Translations under genes and position numbers: made by a program
Shown here: one piece after another, positions 1 through 9,581 of the stretch
Numbering within the stretch: position 1 is the stretch's first letter
Layout: the number at the start of each line of letters is the position of its first letter
Assembly: GCA_002269645.1 (NCBI GenBank)
Contig: NIVC01001154.1
Location: forward strand, 146,077 to 210,076
Reading direction: 5' to 3'
Source of the DNA: Macrostomum lignano
Lineage: Eukaryota
Length of the DNA stretch: 64,000 bases
Notes under the pieces: model-generated
Told to the model about the DNA's origin: nothing
What the model saw: only the letters and a program-made list of their open reading frames with translations
Database searches by the model: none

Positions 1-1
1 G

Positions 2-748
2 TTTACGTCTCAACTCTTTCAGCAAGTGGTGAAGATCCTCAACATCACGCAGATCTACACATCGACCTACAATCCGAAGGCGAACATGGTTGAAAGGTTT
101 CACCGCAACCTACACGAGATGATTACACACTTCGCGCATCAACAACCGGACGACTGGATCATCTATCTGCAAGCAGTAACAATGGCCTACAACAGCGCTA
201 TTCATCGATCAACGGACAATACGCCATTCTTTCTAATGTTTGGGCGAGACTTCCAGCCGCCAAACCTATTGGCACAGCAACTACTACCATCGCAATATGT
301 GGAAGTCCCGACGTCCATTCAAAAGTTCGTCACGCAACTACACCTCGCATGGAAAGTAGCCAAGCACAACATCGACAATCAGGTGGCTCTGACCACCGGC
401 ACCGACACGAGATCGACAACTCTGACAGCCGGCGACATCGTCTACCTGCACTATCCGCCACAACAGACGCACAAACACGCACAGAAGTACAAAGGACCAT
501 ATCGAGTGGTCCAACTAACGTCACCGACAACGGCACGCCTGGCCAATGTGCAAGATCCTCATCAGCACCAATTCTACGTGCACATTCATCGATTGAAAAG
601 GGTCAACACTGACACGGCGACATTTCTACCGTCACTTGACAATGCCGACCGCACGCGTTCGACAAACCGCCACATCGCAACGAAGCACGAGGAGACTCAA
701 ACAACGAACGAGAGCCAGCCGCACGGCTATAATCTGCGACCTCGTTAA
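2..748 (+). CDS. pol: Gypsy pol, integrase core and C-terminus (5'-partial)
   Basis: Frame open from the window start: FTSQLFQQ..TSTYNPKANMVERFHRNL (catalytic E region), W..YL..V..AYN...H.ST..TPFFLMFGR, GPY/F module (GDIVYL..KYKGPYRVV..VHIHRLKR), ending YNLRPR. Confidence 0.92.
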   Translation, partial: FTSQLFQQVVKILNITQIYTSTYNPKANMVERFHRNLHEMITHFAHQQPDDWIIYLQAVTMAYNSAIHRSTDNTPFFLMFGRDFQPPNLLAQQLLPSQYVEVPTSIQKFVTQLHLAWKVAKHNIDNQVALTTGTDTRSTTLTAGDIVYLHYPPQQTHKHAQKYKGPYRVVQLTSPTTARLANVQDPHQHQFYVHIHRLKRVNTDTATFLPSLDNADRTRSTNRHIATKHEETQTTNESQPHGYNLRPR

Positions 749-894
749 GTTGCGAAAACAAACCCGTGTAGAGACCGGGTCAGAATAGCTCTACAGCTTC
801 GCAAGCTTGTCGTAAGAGGCGACTAATCCGAGCGACTCCACAAGTGAACTCTACAATTGACTACATAACCGCAACTGACGCTTGGCTAACGACT

Positions 895-1563
895 ATGGGC
901 AATGCACAGTCTAGACTGGCGACCCAGCCACGGCAACTCTATGAATGCCCTGTCTGTTTGGAAGATGACCTGTATAAAAAACCACCAACCATTTGTATAA
1001 ATAATCATCGCATATGCGGCACTTGCTTGTGTGACGCGCATCATATCCAACACTGGCAAAGCTGCCCCCTATGTAGGAGTAGTCTGACGCAGTGCGCCTA
1101 TTGTTATTCGTGGCGCACCTTTCAATACTGTAATCAAAGTCATTTTATTTGCATGCAATGCTTGAAACGAACCGCTAGTAGGGGCATCATAGGATGCCCT
1201 ATGTGTAACAGTATGCCGAAGGACAGCACCTTCAAGAAGTGGTGTCGCATCAAGCCCGACGCCAATCGATGCTTACATGTTGATAATATTCGAACACTAC
1301 CCGCAATACGTATCGAACAGTTGCTAGAGTTTTGGCCAGTACCTCGTTTCGCTCGACGGTCACGCAATGAATTACTACCGTACGCACATAACAATCAAGG
1401 AATATTGCGTCATATGTTACCCCTGGATATAGAACGACATCTACGACAATTTTTGCATGCCCATCACGCGTTTCACTGGACATTGCACATATATTGCCAC
1501 GCGCTAAAAAGATTAATTTTGTCACGTAGTTATTTCATATGGCTTTTACGGTATACACAGTAG
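895..1563 (+). CDS. Retrotransposon cargo ORF A: tandem double RING (C3HC4, C-x3-H spacing) protein with N-terminal MGNAQS
   Basis: ATG at 895 in strong context (ACTATGG). RING1 is CPVC-x12-CINNH-x2-CGTC-x12-CPLC; RING2 is CAYC-x8-CNQSH-x2-CMQC-x11-CPMC. 222 aa, uninterrupted. Confidence 0.8.
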   Translation: MGNAQSRLATQPRQLYECPVCLEDDLYKKPPTICINNHRICGTCLCDAHHIQHWQSCPLCRSSLTQCAYCYSWRTFQYCNQSHFICMQCLKRTASRGIIGCPMCNSMPKDSTFKKWCRIKPDANRCLHVDNIRTLPAIRIEQLLEFWPVPRFARRSRNELLPYAHNNQGILRHMLPLDIERHLRQFLHAHHAFHWTLHIYCHALKRLILSRSYFIWLLRYTQ

Positions 1564-1617
1564 ACTGTATACTTCACCCTGACTGCTTTAATTACGATGA
1601 TTACATAAAACCCGCAG

Positions 1618-2256
1618 ATGGCCGAGAACAACGACGTATGCCCCTGCTGTCTCGAGACGCGGGACTATATGATCCCGACGTGTGAGTGGGGACACCGCGT
1701 GTGTGTCTCCTGCGACGCCATGGCGCAGCAGGTGGATGGCAATGTTACCATGCTATCTACCTGCCCGGTCTGCCGTCGCGCGCGGGCTACCTGTGTGGTA
1801 TGCGGCGAACAGCCCCATGTTCAGGTGTGTTCCAACCGACATTGGGTCTGTGCAAGCTGTCTCCGAAGGTACGGTGCAAGAGATATAGAGATCTGCACCG
1901 AATGTCTAGCTCCTGTCAACCATTCGACGGCGCTGATGTTGGCGACAATAACACCAGTGCCAGAGTTGACGTTGGCGGAGCCGGACAGCTTGACCTTCGA
2001 GCAATTGTCCATCGCCGTCCGGTCGTGGCCGTGGCCGCACCGGCATCAGGAGTCATGGCGTCACGTCCTTGGAATTTCCAGGAGCCTGGCTCGCGAGCAC
2101 CCAGGACTCACGAGTATTGACGCCTACCTGATGATACTCGAGCGCACAGAGGAACCGCGCTTCACACGCTTTCAGCCGACATTCTGGGCGGTGGCATGTC
2201 TGGCTGCGCGAACAGCGCAGCAGATATCCGCCGTGCTCAAAATCGGGTTCGGCTGA
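1618..2256 (+). CDS. Retrotransposon cargo ORF B: tandem double RING protein, paralogue of ORF A
   Basis: RING1 is CPCC-x10-CEWGH-x2-CVSC-x16-CPVC; RING2 is CVVC-x8-CSNRH-x2-CASC-x11-CTEC (RING2 spacing identical to ORF A). 212 aa, uninterrupted. Confidence 0.8.
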   Translation: MAENNDVCPCCLETRDYMIPTCEWGHRVCVSCDAMAQQVDGNVTMLSTCPVCRRARATCVVCGEQPHVQVCSNRHWVCASCLRRYGARDIEICTECLAPVNHSTALMLATITPVPELTLAEPDSLTFEQLSIAVRSWPWPHRHQESWRHVLGISRSLAREHPGLTSIDAYLMILERTEEPRFTRFQPTFWAVACLAARTAQQISAVLKIGFG

Positions 2257-2467
2257 TCGTCCGAGCGGCATCAACACAGGGGCAAGTGTCATCTGCATTT
2301 ATCAGACGATAACTTTCCATTAACTCTGACAAAACTAACTACTGATAATGTATACAATGTAACATACCGGCAATATAAATATATACAATATCAAGTTCAA
2401 GACGTTTCTGTAAATTTATATTTTTATTCAAACTCGGGACGAGTTTTTTCGTAAAAAAGGGAGATTT

Positions 2468-3279
2468 TGTAGAGTATTATATCTCCCAGAAAAGTTATTT
2501 AAAATTGTTAACGTACTACTTAAATAGTAGTAATTTGAGGAGCATGTATAAGGATATGCGCTGAACCATACATATATTCGAATTAACCAATAGAAAGAGA
2601 GAAATCTCGAGCATGCTAATTTTAGAAATCACCCAATCACGTGCGACCAACAACTGTCAATTCAAACCCCACCTTCAAGTCATCATTTGGTTTGCACTCG
2701 GGTTGCACCCGGATGAACCAATCAAAGTCTACCAGCTACGGTAACCAATCATGCGCTTTTACAGTAGACTAGTTGCGCAACTTTCTACCCTGTCATGCTT
2801 GACAGCCACCGAATCGTGACCCTTTGACATTTGCGAAGACAGTGATGTACGACCTCGAGAGAGGTCTGAACGCCTATAAATACAAGTGGTCCGGAACGGA
2901 CCCGGAGCCAAGAAATCTCCAAGGAGAGAAGCTCCGAAGAGGAAGCTCTAGTGAAGCCTTCCTGAAGAAACTCGCGTCGTGGACGAGTTCTTGCGGTAAG
3001 CCTTACTCATTTGCGCCCGTTGGTTGAGACGTCTCGCTCAAGTCTATTGAGACTTGAGTTTATTTGAGTCTGTTGAGACTCTTGAGTCTGTTTAGACTCC
3101 ACTGGTTGCAGTCTCCAGAAGGACTGCCCCTGATAGATCTTAGAAGACTATCAGTGGTTTCCGGAGCCATACCTAGAGTGCATAGAGGCACTACTAGAAG
3201 GAGTAGGCTTATATTAAACCGCAGATTGGCGCAGGGTACCCATTGTTGATTTGGAAGCTTCCCATTGGTCCGCACTACA
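2468..3279 (+). repeat. 3' LTR of Gypsy element 1 (812 bp)
   Basis: TGTAG...CTACA inverted termini directly after the PPT; several CCAAT boxes, TATAAATA near 2875 and an ATTAAA polyA-like signal near 3213. The partner 5' LTR is not in the window. Confidence 0.75.
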
Positions 3280-3616
3280 GATACCGGCCGGAAACGACTT
3301 CAGTGGACGTAAAGGAACGCGGACCTGGTTACGAACATAGACGTCTAACGAAGTTCGAGGTTCAAAGGAAGTCCGAGAATAACAGAACACGGAAGAGCTC
3401 TCAGAGACAGGACTCAAGGTAATACATACCTTCATTTGATTACTGGGTTGCCTAGCTACAGAGCTAGAAGTGATTGTTCCTTGATTACAGCTGAGGACTG
3501 GTAATAAGGAACACATCAATAGGAGAATCTATGTCGCAGAAAAAACGACAGTTTCAGCCAATAGTTCAGGATTAGTCAAGGTCAGATTAGCAGCAGGTAG
3601 TGAAACTAATTTCGGA

Positions 3617-6600
3617 GTGCCATCAGTTATTGAGCCACTCAGATCAGGATTGAAGACTAGAACAGAGAAAGTAACCGTAGTGCCAAGTTTAGTAACTCTA
3701 AGACAAGGGGAAGCTTATTTAGAAGTAATTAACACCAGTTCACAGGAAGCTAGAGTACCAGCATCAGCATTAGTTGGGATGGCCAAGCCACTCTTAGCTA
3801 GCGAGCTTAACTATCTGAAGGAACAGCCAGAAGAAGAGCAGAATAAGAACACGCAGTCTTGCGGAAGCAGAGAAAAGATCAGCCAGGTACAGGACAAGTC
3901 AGAAGACTGGATTAGTGAGATTAACATAGGAACTGAACTGACTCAGGAACAGAGACAAAAGGTGATCGAGGTCGTCAAGGAACATTCAGCAGCTTTCTCG
4001 CAGCACGAGTTAGACTTAGGCAGAACGCATTTAGTCACACATGAAATTATCTTGAAGGATAACAACCCAGTTCAGATACCAGCTAGAAAGATTCCACCTC
4101 ATTGGATCAAGGAGGTAGATGAGCAGTTAGATCTCATGTTGGCTAGAGGCATAATTAGGCCTAGTTACTCGCAGTACTCGACTCCATTAGTCATAGTACC
4201 TAAGAAAGACGGTTCGCTTAGATTAGTTAACGACTATCGAGCACTAAACAATAAATCGGAGTATTTTCCGTATCCAATAACTAATATCAATGAAACATTC
4301 TCATGTCTCCATGGAGCCAGTCAATTTTCTACGTTAGATCTATTTTCGGGATATTATCAGATAGCTCTTAGGGAAGAAGATAAGTGCAAGACTAGCTTTC
4401 CAACTTTACATCGAGGCTCGTTTGAGTACGAAGTATTGCCAATGGGACTGCAAGGAGCTCCAGGAACTTTTCAAAGGTGCATGAACTTAGTTCTTAAGGA
4501 CATTGCACAGAAGTTCGCCATAGCTTACTTAGACGATGTAATAGTTTATAGTGCAGACTTTGAATCGCATTTAGAACACCTGAAAGAAGTGCTCAAGAGA
4601 CTAATCCAAGCTAACATGAAACTAAAGGCTAAGAAATGTCACCTTTTCAAATCAGAATTACAATATCTAGGACACGTCATAGGCAAAACAGGAATTAAGA
4701 GAGATGCGTCGAAATTAGAATCAATTAGGAACTGGCCGAAACCTAAATCTGTGACAGAGCTTCGAAGTTTTCTCGGACTCTGTAATTACTATAGAAAATT
4801 CGTTAGAGATTTTGCCGAGGTAGCAGCACCACTCTGTGAGTTAACTAAGAAGAACATCAAGTGTATCCAGGACAAATGGACCAGGATTCATGATGAATGC
4901 TTCGAACTGTTGAAGGAACGGATGTGTTCCGAAGAAGTGCTTGCTTACCCAGAGTTCAATACAGACCCCCAAGTTTATTTTGTGTTAGACACTGATGCAT
5001 CAGATGTCAGAATTGGGGCGGTCTTGAATCAAGTTCAGAGCGACGGCATAGAAAGTCCGATCGCGTATTATAGTCGGAAGATGAGGCAGTCAGAAACTAG
5101 ATATCCGATTACGAGGAAGGAGCTTCTAGCGATTGTTGACTCGCTGAAGTATTTTAGATTTTACCTCGTAGGAAAACATTTTAAGGTGCGCACTGATCAC
5201 AATGCCCTAACCTGGTTGCTTCGCCAAACCGAACAGACAGGCATTTTAGGTCGTTGGATCGAAAGACTTTCTGAATTTGATTTTGAGATAGAACATAGGA
5301 GTGGCCCTAAACATGTGAATGCTGACGCTCTATCCAGGATCCCTGATCCTCAACCGGAAGAGATGTCCCCACATGCCAGGTCGCTAAGCTGTAGGGCAAC
5401 TGTGAATACAGACCCAGCATCAGCTTTTACTGTCAGCTCAGGCAATTCCGCGTTCGCTGAAACCTGTAGCTCGAGCAGTGGAGTTCCGTCATGCTGTTCG
5501 TCACAAGACACTGTCACGAACCGACACAATACTCCGATCTTTAGTAGCAGTAGGCTAGACAATAGACAGGGACAGGAGCCTAAAACCGGAAATCCGCCTG
5601 CATGCAATGCCCTGCTCAGTGACTATCTCCGTAGCCCAGTTCGCCGTGACCAATTGATCGCAGCACAGCTAGCCGATCCGGCGGTAGGCTTTGTTAGAAA
5701 ATTAATTGAGAATGACTCGCCTAAACCGACATTTCAAGAACGACTAGAGTTAACCCACGACTGTAGGAACCTCTTAGGTTACTACGAGTTGCTCAGAATT
5801 GAGGACGGCGTACTCAAAGTAGACTTATCTATGGGGCAGACTGATCCAAAGGTAGTGTTGCCCAAGTCTCTGGATAGTGAAGTCTTTCACCAATTCCATG
5901 ATTCACCGTTAGCGGGACACCTAGGTCGAGATAAAACTTATCAGAGAATTAAAATTCGATTTTGGAGGCCAGGATTAGCAACAGCAGTTGAACGCTACGT
6001 AGCCAAATGTAAATCATGCCTAGAAAGCAAAACTAGAAGAAGAATTAAGGCACCAATTCAGAACTATCCTGTAGTCGAACCGTTCGGTAGATTGCACATA
6101 GATCTAATAGGACCTATTGGCCAAACTAGCAAATCAGGAAACAAATATGTACTTTCAGTCATAGACAGTACTAGCAAATTTCCATTCGCATTCGCAATTA
6201 GGAATCAGAAGGCTAAAACAGTTATCAAAATTCTACAAGAACGAGTTTTCGCTGATTTTGGGATTCCACAATGGATTCACACAGACCAGGGAACACAGTT
6301 CACTGGTAGGGCCTTTAAGAAATTTTTAGACCTCTATGGCATTAGACACACTCGAACAACTAGTTATCATCCGCAGAGCAATGGCTTAGTAGAAAACCTT
6401 AATAAGCAGATTAAATCAATTCTCACCTGTTTACTGGAGAAGGAGCATTCCAACTGGGACGTTCTGTTGCCAGGTTGCATAACAGCTCTGAGAACCAGCA
6501 CGCACACTGCCACAGGATTTAGTCCGCACTATTTAGTCTTTGGACGAGAGGCCAGAATGCCCTGTGACAATGAGCTGAACGAGCCAAAGCAGTTTCAGGA

Positions 6601-7459
6601 CCTGCCATCTTATGTCCAGGAACATCAGCAGAATCTGCAGGAAGGCCAAGAACTAGCGAGAAAGAGATTAAAATTAGTGCAACAAAACCGTGAGCAGGAG
6701 TACTCTAACAAGCCTAAGCCGAAAACATTGCCTGTAGGAAGCTTAGTATTTATCAATAATCCAGTAATTGCTAACACAGAGGCTAACAAATTTCACAGAA
6801 AACAGAGGGCAGTTTACGAAATTGTAGAACAACTATCAGAAGTAGTCTTTAAGATTAGACCAGTTACCAGAAATAAGAAGGCCAGGAAGGAAGAACTTAT
6901 CATGCATAGAGACAATTTAATGAAAGTACCGCAAGCAGATTATCAGGAAGAAGAAGCTAGTACTAAACCAAAAGAACAGAAGAAACAATACGATAGGGAA
7001 CAGTTAGCCAATAGTCAGCCGAATGGGTACAATGACTCAGAAAGTGAAGACGAGTACGAAGACGCAGTGCAGTTTATGCCAGTGCAACATCAAAATAATG
7101 AGCAGTTTATGCCAGTGCAAAATCAAAATAATGTGCAGTTAGTGCCAAATCAACAAGTGCAACATCAAAATAATGAGCAGTTTATGCCAGTGCAAAATCA
7201 AAATAATGTGCAGTTAGTGCCAAATCAACAAGTGCAGCATCAAAATAATAATCTAAATAATTTAGTAGGTGTACACGGAGTTATGCCAGTACAATTAAAT
7301 AATAACAATAATAATTTAGGGATTAATTTAGAAGCTAGGCCAGCGAGAGAGCGTCATGCTCCAGATAGATTAACAGTCAGGCCAAATCAGAAAAGTTATG
7401 TGCAGAGGATAGCGGAGTTGTTTAACCCATTTAACCTCTTGCAGCCGAAATCCCAATAA
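3617..7459 (+). CDS. pol: Gypsy Pol: RT, RNase H, integrase
   Basis: RT motifs VPKKDGSLRLVNDYRALN, LDLFSGYYQI, PMGLQGAPGTFQR, YLDD; RNase H LDTDAS..ELLAI..TDH; integrase HHCC (H..AGHLG..C..C) and D-D-E (HIDLIG, TDQG, VENLN). The frame is open upstream to about 3490, so the true start is lost. Confidence 0.95.
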   Translation: MPSVIEPLRSGLKTRTEKVTVVPSLVTLRQGEAYLEVINTSSQEARVPASALVGMAKPLLASELNYLKEQPEEEQNKNTQSCGSREKISQVQDKSEDWISEINIGTELTQEQRQKVIEVVKEHSAAFSQHELDLGRTHLVTHEIILKDNNPVQIPARKIPPHWIKEVDEQLDLMLARGIIRPSYSQYSTPLVIVPKKDGSLRLVNDYRALNNKSEYFPYPITNINETFSCLHGASQFSTLDLFSGYYQIALREEDKCKTSFPTLHRGSFEYEVLPMGLQGAPGTFQRCMNLVLKDIAQKFAIAYLDDVIVYSADFESHLEHLKEVLKRLIQANMKLKAKKCHLFKSELQYLGHVIGKTGIKRDASKLESIRNWPKPKSVTELRSFLGLCNYYRKFVRDFAEVAAPLCELTKKNIKCIQDKWTRIHDECFELLKERMCSEEVLAYPEFNTDPQVYFVLDTDASDVRIGAVLNQVQSDGIESPIAYYSRKMRQSETRYPITRKELLAIVDSLKYFRFYLVGKHFKVRTDHNALTWLLRQTEQTGILGRWIERLSEFDFEIEHRSGPKHVNADALSRIPDPQPEEMSPHARSLSCRATVNTDPASAFTVSSGNSAFAETCSSSSGVPSCCSSQDTVTNRHNTPIFSSSRLDNRQGQEPKTGNPPACNALLSDYLRSPVRRDQLIAAQLADPAVGFVRKLIENDSPKPTFQERLELTHDCRNLLGYYELLRIEDGVLKVDLSMGQTDPKVVLPKSLDSEVFHQFHDSPLAGHLGRDKTYQRIKIRFWRPGLATAVERYVAKCKSCLESKTRRRIKAPIQNYPVVEPFGRLHIDLIGPIGQTSKSGNKYVLSVIDSTSKFPFAFAIRNQKAKTVIKILQERVFADFGIPQWIHTDQGTQFTGRAFKKFLDLYGIRHTRTTSYHPQSNGLVENLNKQIKSILTCLLEKEHSNWDVLLPGCITALRTSTHTATGFSPHYLVFGREARMPCDNELNEPKQFQDLPSYVQEHQQNLQEGQELARKRLKLVQQNREQEYSNKPKPKTLPVGSLVFINNPVIANTEANKFHRKQRAVYEIVEQLSEVVFKIRPVTRNKKARKEELIMHRDNLMKVPQADYQEEEASTKPKEQKKQYDREQLANSQPNGYNDSESEDEYEDAVQFMPVQHQNNEQFMPVQNQNNVQLVPNQQVQHQNNEQFMPVQNQNNVQLVPNQQVQHQNNNLNNLVGVHGVMPVQLNNNNNNLGINLEARPARERHAPDRLTVRPNQKSYVQRIAELFNPFNLLQPKSQ

Positions 7460-7462
7460 ATC

Positions 7463-8285
7463 ATGGCCGAAGCCCCTCTTCGGGTGTATCCAAGGAAACG
7501 CATCTATGGCCAAAGAAGAAGACAGGAGCAAGACGAGAATGAGCCCCCGCGAATTCGGGCCGCACAATTGGCAGAGCGTGAAGAATGCAAGAAGCAGAAA
7601 TTAGATCATCGGGAAGAGGAAGAGGGTAGGCTAACTATCGACGTAGACCTGGAAAAATTAGGAAGAGAGACGGAAAAAGCGGAAGCTGAATTTAGGGACG
7701 AGATGGCGCAATTCATGGAAGAAATCCGACAACAGGAAGAAGGGGTGGAACCCATTGATGAGCAGGAAGAGGCGGCCGCGGAAGAACCAAATCACCAGCC
7801 GGAGCAGTGTCCATCCGAGCAATGCCAGGCAGGGCAAGGCCAGCATGAGTCTACGCTCATCGATTACGCTACATTGCTCAGGGCAGATCTGGGTGATACG
7901 CCGGCTCCTAAAGAGACCAACGCCGAACGGCCGGATAGTCCCGGAACGCAGGCGCGGAAATTCCGCAATTGTCGTCGCGCCTTGAAGCGGGCTATCCTGG
8001 CTACAGGGAAAAACAGGACGATTCGAGGCGCAGCTACCGGACGCGTGCGTCCAGTTCTTGGCCACGGCGACCCCAGAGGAAGCAGTCCGATGCTTCGAGA
8101 TTGCCTGCTCATACTGTTTACAGTACGCCGAAGGGAGAGCGCGGGGTCCGACCAATATGAGAGCGACCACTGAGCAGCTGGAATTTTTCGCCAGACAATT
8201 CGACCCTACTCACCAGATGATCCCGATAAACGGATTACTGTATCTATCTACTCAAAACACCCAAAATCTCCGGCCAATCCATTAG
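7463..8285 (+). CDS. Extra ORF downstream of pol in Gypsy element 2 (acidic/basic protein; probable +1 frameshift near 7986)
   Basis: ATG lies 3 nt after the pol stop, in the same frame. Frame 2 is open to 8173; frame 3 is open 7986-8285 (LSWLQGKTGRFEAQLPDACVQFLA..CFEIACSYC). No recognised domain. Confidence 0.5.
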
Positions 8286-8840
8286 GTAAGATAGAGAACT
8301 TAGCCAACCAATGACTTTTAGCTCGGTTACACATAATCGATGACATTTTATTTTACCATCTTTTGGAGTAGAATTGGAGTAAACTTGCCAAATTATTTTA
8401 CCGCTTTTTTTTGCACTGCATTTTCTTTCTTTTCTTGTTGTATACACCTGCCAATTATTCTTGTTCAATTGCTCAAACAACTCAGCAGCCATTTAATAGT
8501 GCAACTGTTCATGCTATAACTCAATTTATCATATTTAGCCATTTAATAGTGCAATTATGTTAACGGTGCATATCATAATTATCATGTTCAACATTTAATC
8601 CATTCGTAATAATACAGTTCTGCATGCAATCAATCAAACGCGTATTTCAACCTAATCCCATTACTTTTACGACTCGGCATACCAGTAACTTCCCCACTTG
8701 ATATACGTGTAATCTTGTTACAGTAGCTTATATTCAGTATATCGCTGATAAAGCGCAATATTACTTATTAAATTTCATTAAATAAATATAATATCAATGT
8801 ACAAAAGGGGGTTTTGCACATTTGTTTAGCGAGGGGGAGG

Positions 8841-9581
8841 TGTAGTAGGGCATTATTTTAGGAACGGGAAATTTTGTGGGTTTAAATATGCTTTTACCCT
8901 ACTATCAGTAGTTTCAACCCGGGGAAATAATTAGAGCGGGGGTAAGTGGCTAAAATCGGGATTCCTTTAGAACTACAGAGCAGTTGGGCTCTCGGGAAAG
9001 AAAACTCGGACCTTCGTTGGAGTGTCTTCTCCTGTTTAAACTTAGAGAGTTCACGAAGAAGTGGTAAGGAAAGGGAAATATAAGGGATAGGCTTGCACAG
9101 AGGAGTCTTGCCTCTAAAAACTGGGAGTCTTGCCCAAGCACTATAACGGGAATAAGGAAATAGGGAATTAATGTAAAAGCAAAACTAACTTTTGTACCGT
9201 AATTCACTTTTCTATTATAAAGCTTTTTTTGTGTTAACTAAATCCAAATTGGTGTCCTGACTTGGTTCTTTAAGCCTAAAGCTAGAATTAAGGAACAGCA
9301 GGAACCTGGTGGCAGCGAACTACCAAACATTAAGCAGTACCACAGATAGCAATCCGCTCATAATCCTTAGCAATAAGAACCAGTAGCTTAGCCGCGGTTA
9401 CACGCCCATTCCACTAGCCAAGTTGTAACTCTGAGACTGAGCCCCATTCTACTAAAATTTAGCAACCCACGGCAGGGCAGTAAGCATGCAGTAGGCCAAA
9501 ATAAATACAAAGCACTCTACTAAGAGAGAGGGACAGACGCCAGCTTTAAATCTTCATACATTCTGAGCTACCTACACTACA
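8841..9581 (+). repeat. 3' LTR of Gypsy element 2 (741 bp)
   Basis: TGTAGT...ACTACA inverted termini, preceded by the PPT; AATAAA near 9501. Confidence 0.72.

Larger units (their letters stand above)
1..3279 (+). mobile_element. Ty3/Gypsy LTR retrotransposon 1 (3' part: integrase end, two cargo ORFs, PPT, 3' LTR); 5' part lies outside the window
   Basis: Integrase C-terminal half at 2-748. Hairpin AAACTCG-GGA-CGAGTTT (2430-2446) and polypurine tract AAAAAAGGGAGA (2453-2464) precede an LTR starting TGTAG (2468) and ending CTACA (3279). Confidence 0.88.
3280..9581 (+). mobile_element. Ty3/Gypsy LTR retrotransposon 2 (decayed protease region, pol, extra ORFs, 3' LTR), interrupted at its 5' side by element 1
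   Basis: Long pol ORF; PPT GAGGGGGAGG (8831-8840) followed by an LTR from TGTAGT (8841) to ACTACA (9581). 3280-3500 has stop codons and no intact DTG/DSG protease motif. Confidence 0.85.

Noticed and set aside
895-2256. Cargo ORFs as an env gene
   Set aside because: No signal peptide, furin site or clear transmembrane anchor; the Cys/His pattern is RING-type.
9250-9260. TGGTGTCCTGA as a primer-binding site
   Set aside because: It lies inside the inferred 3' LTR, is not preceded by a CA LTR end and is not followed by gag.
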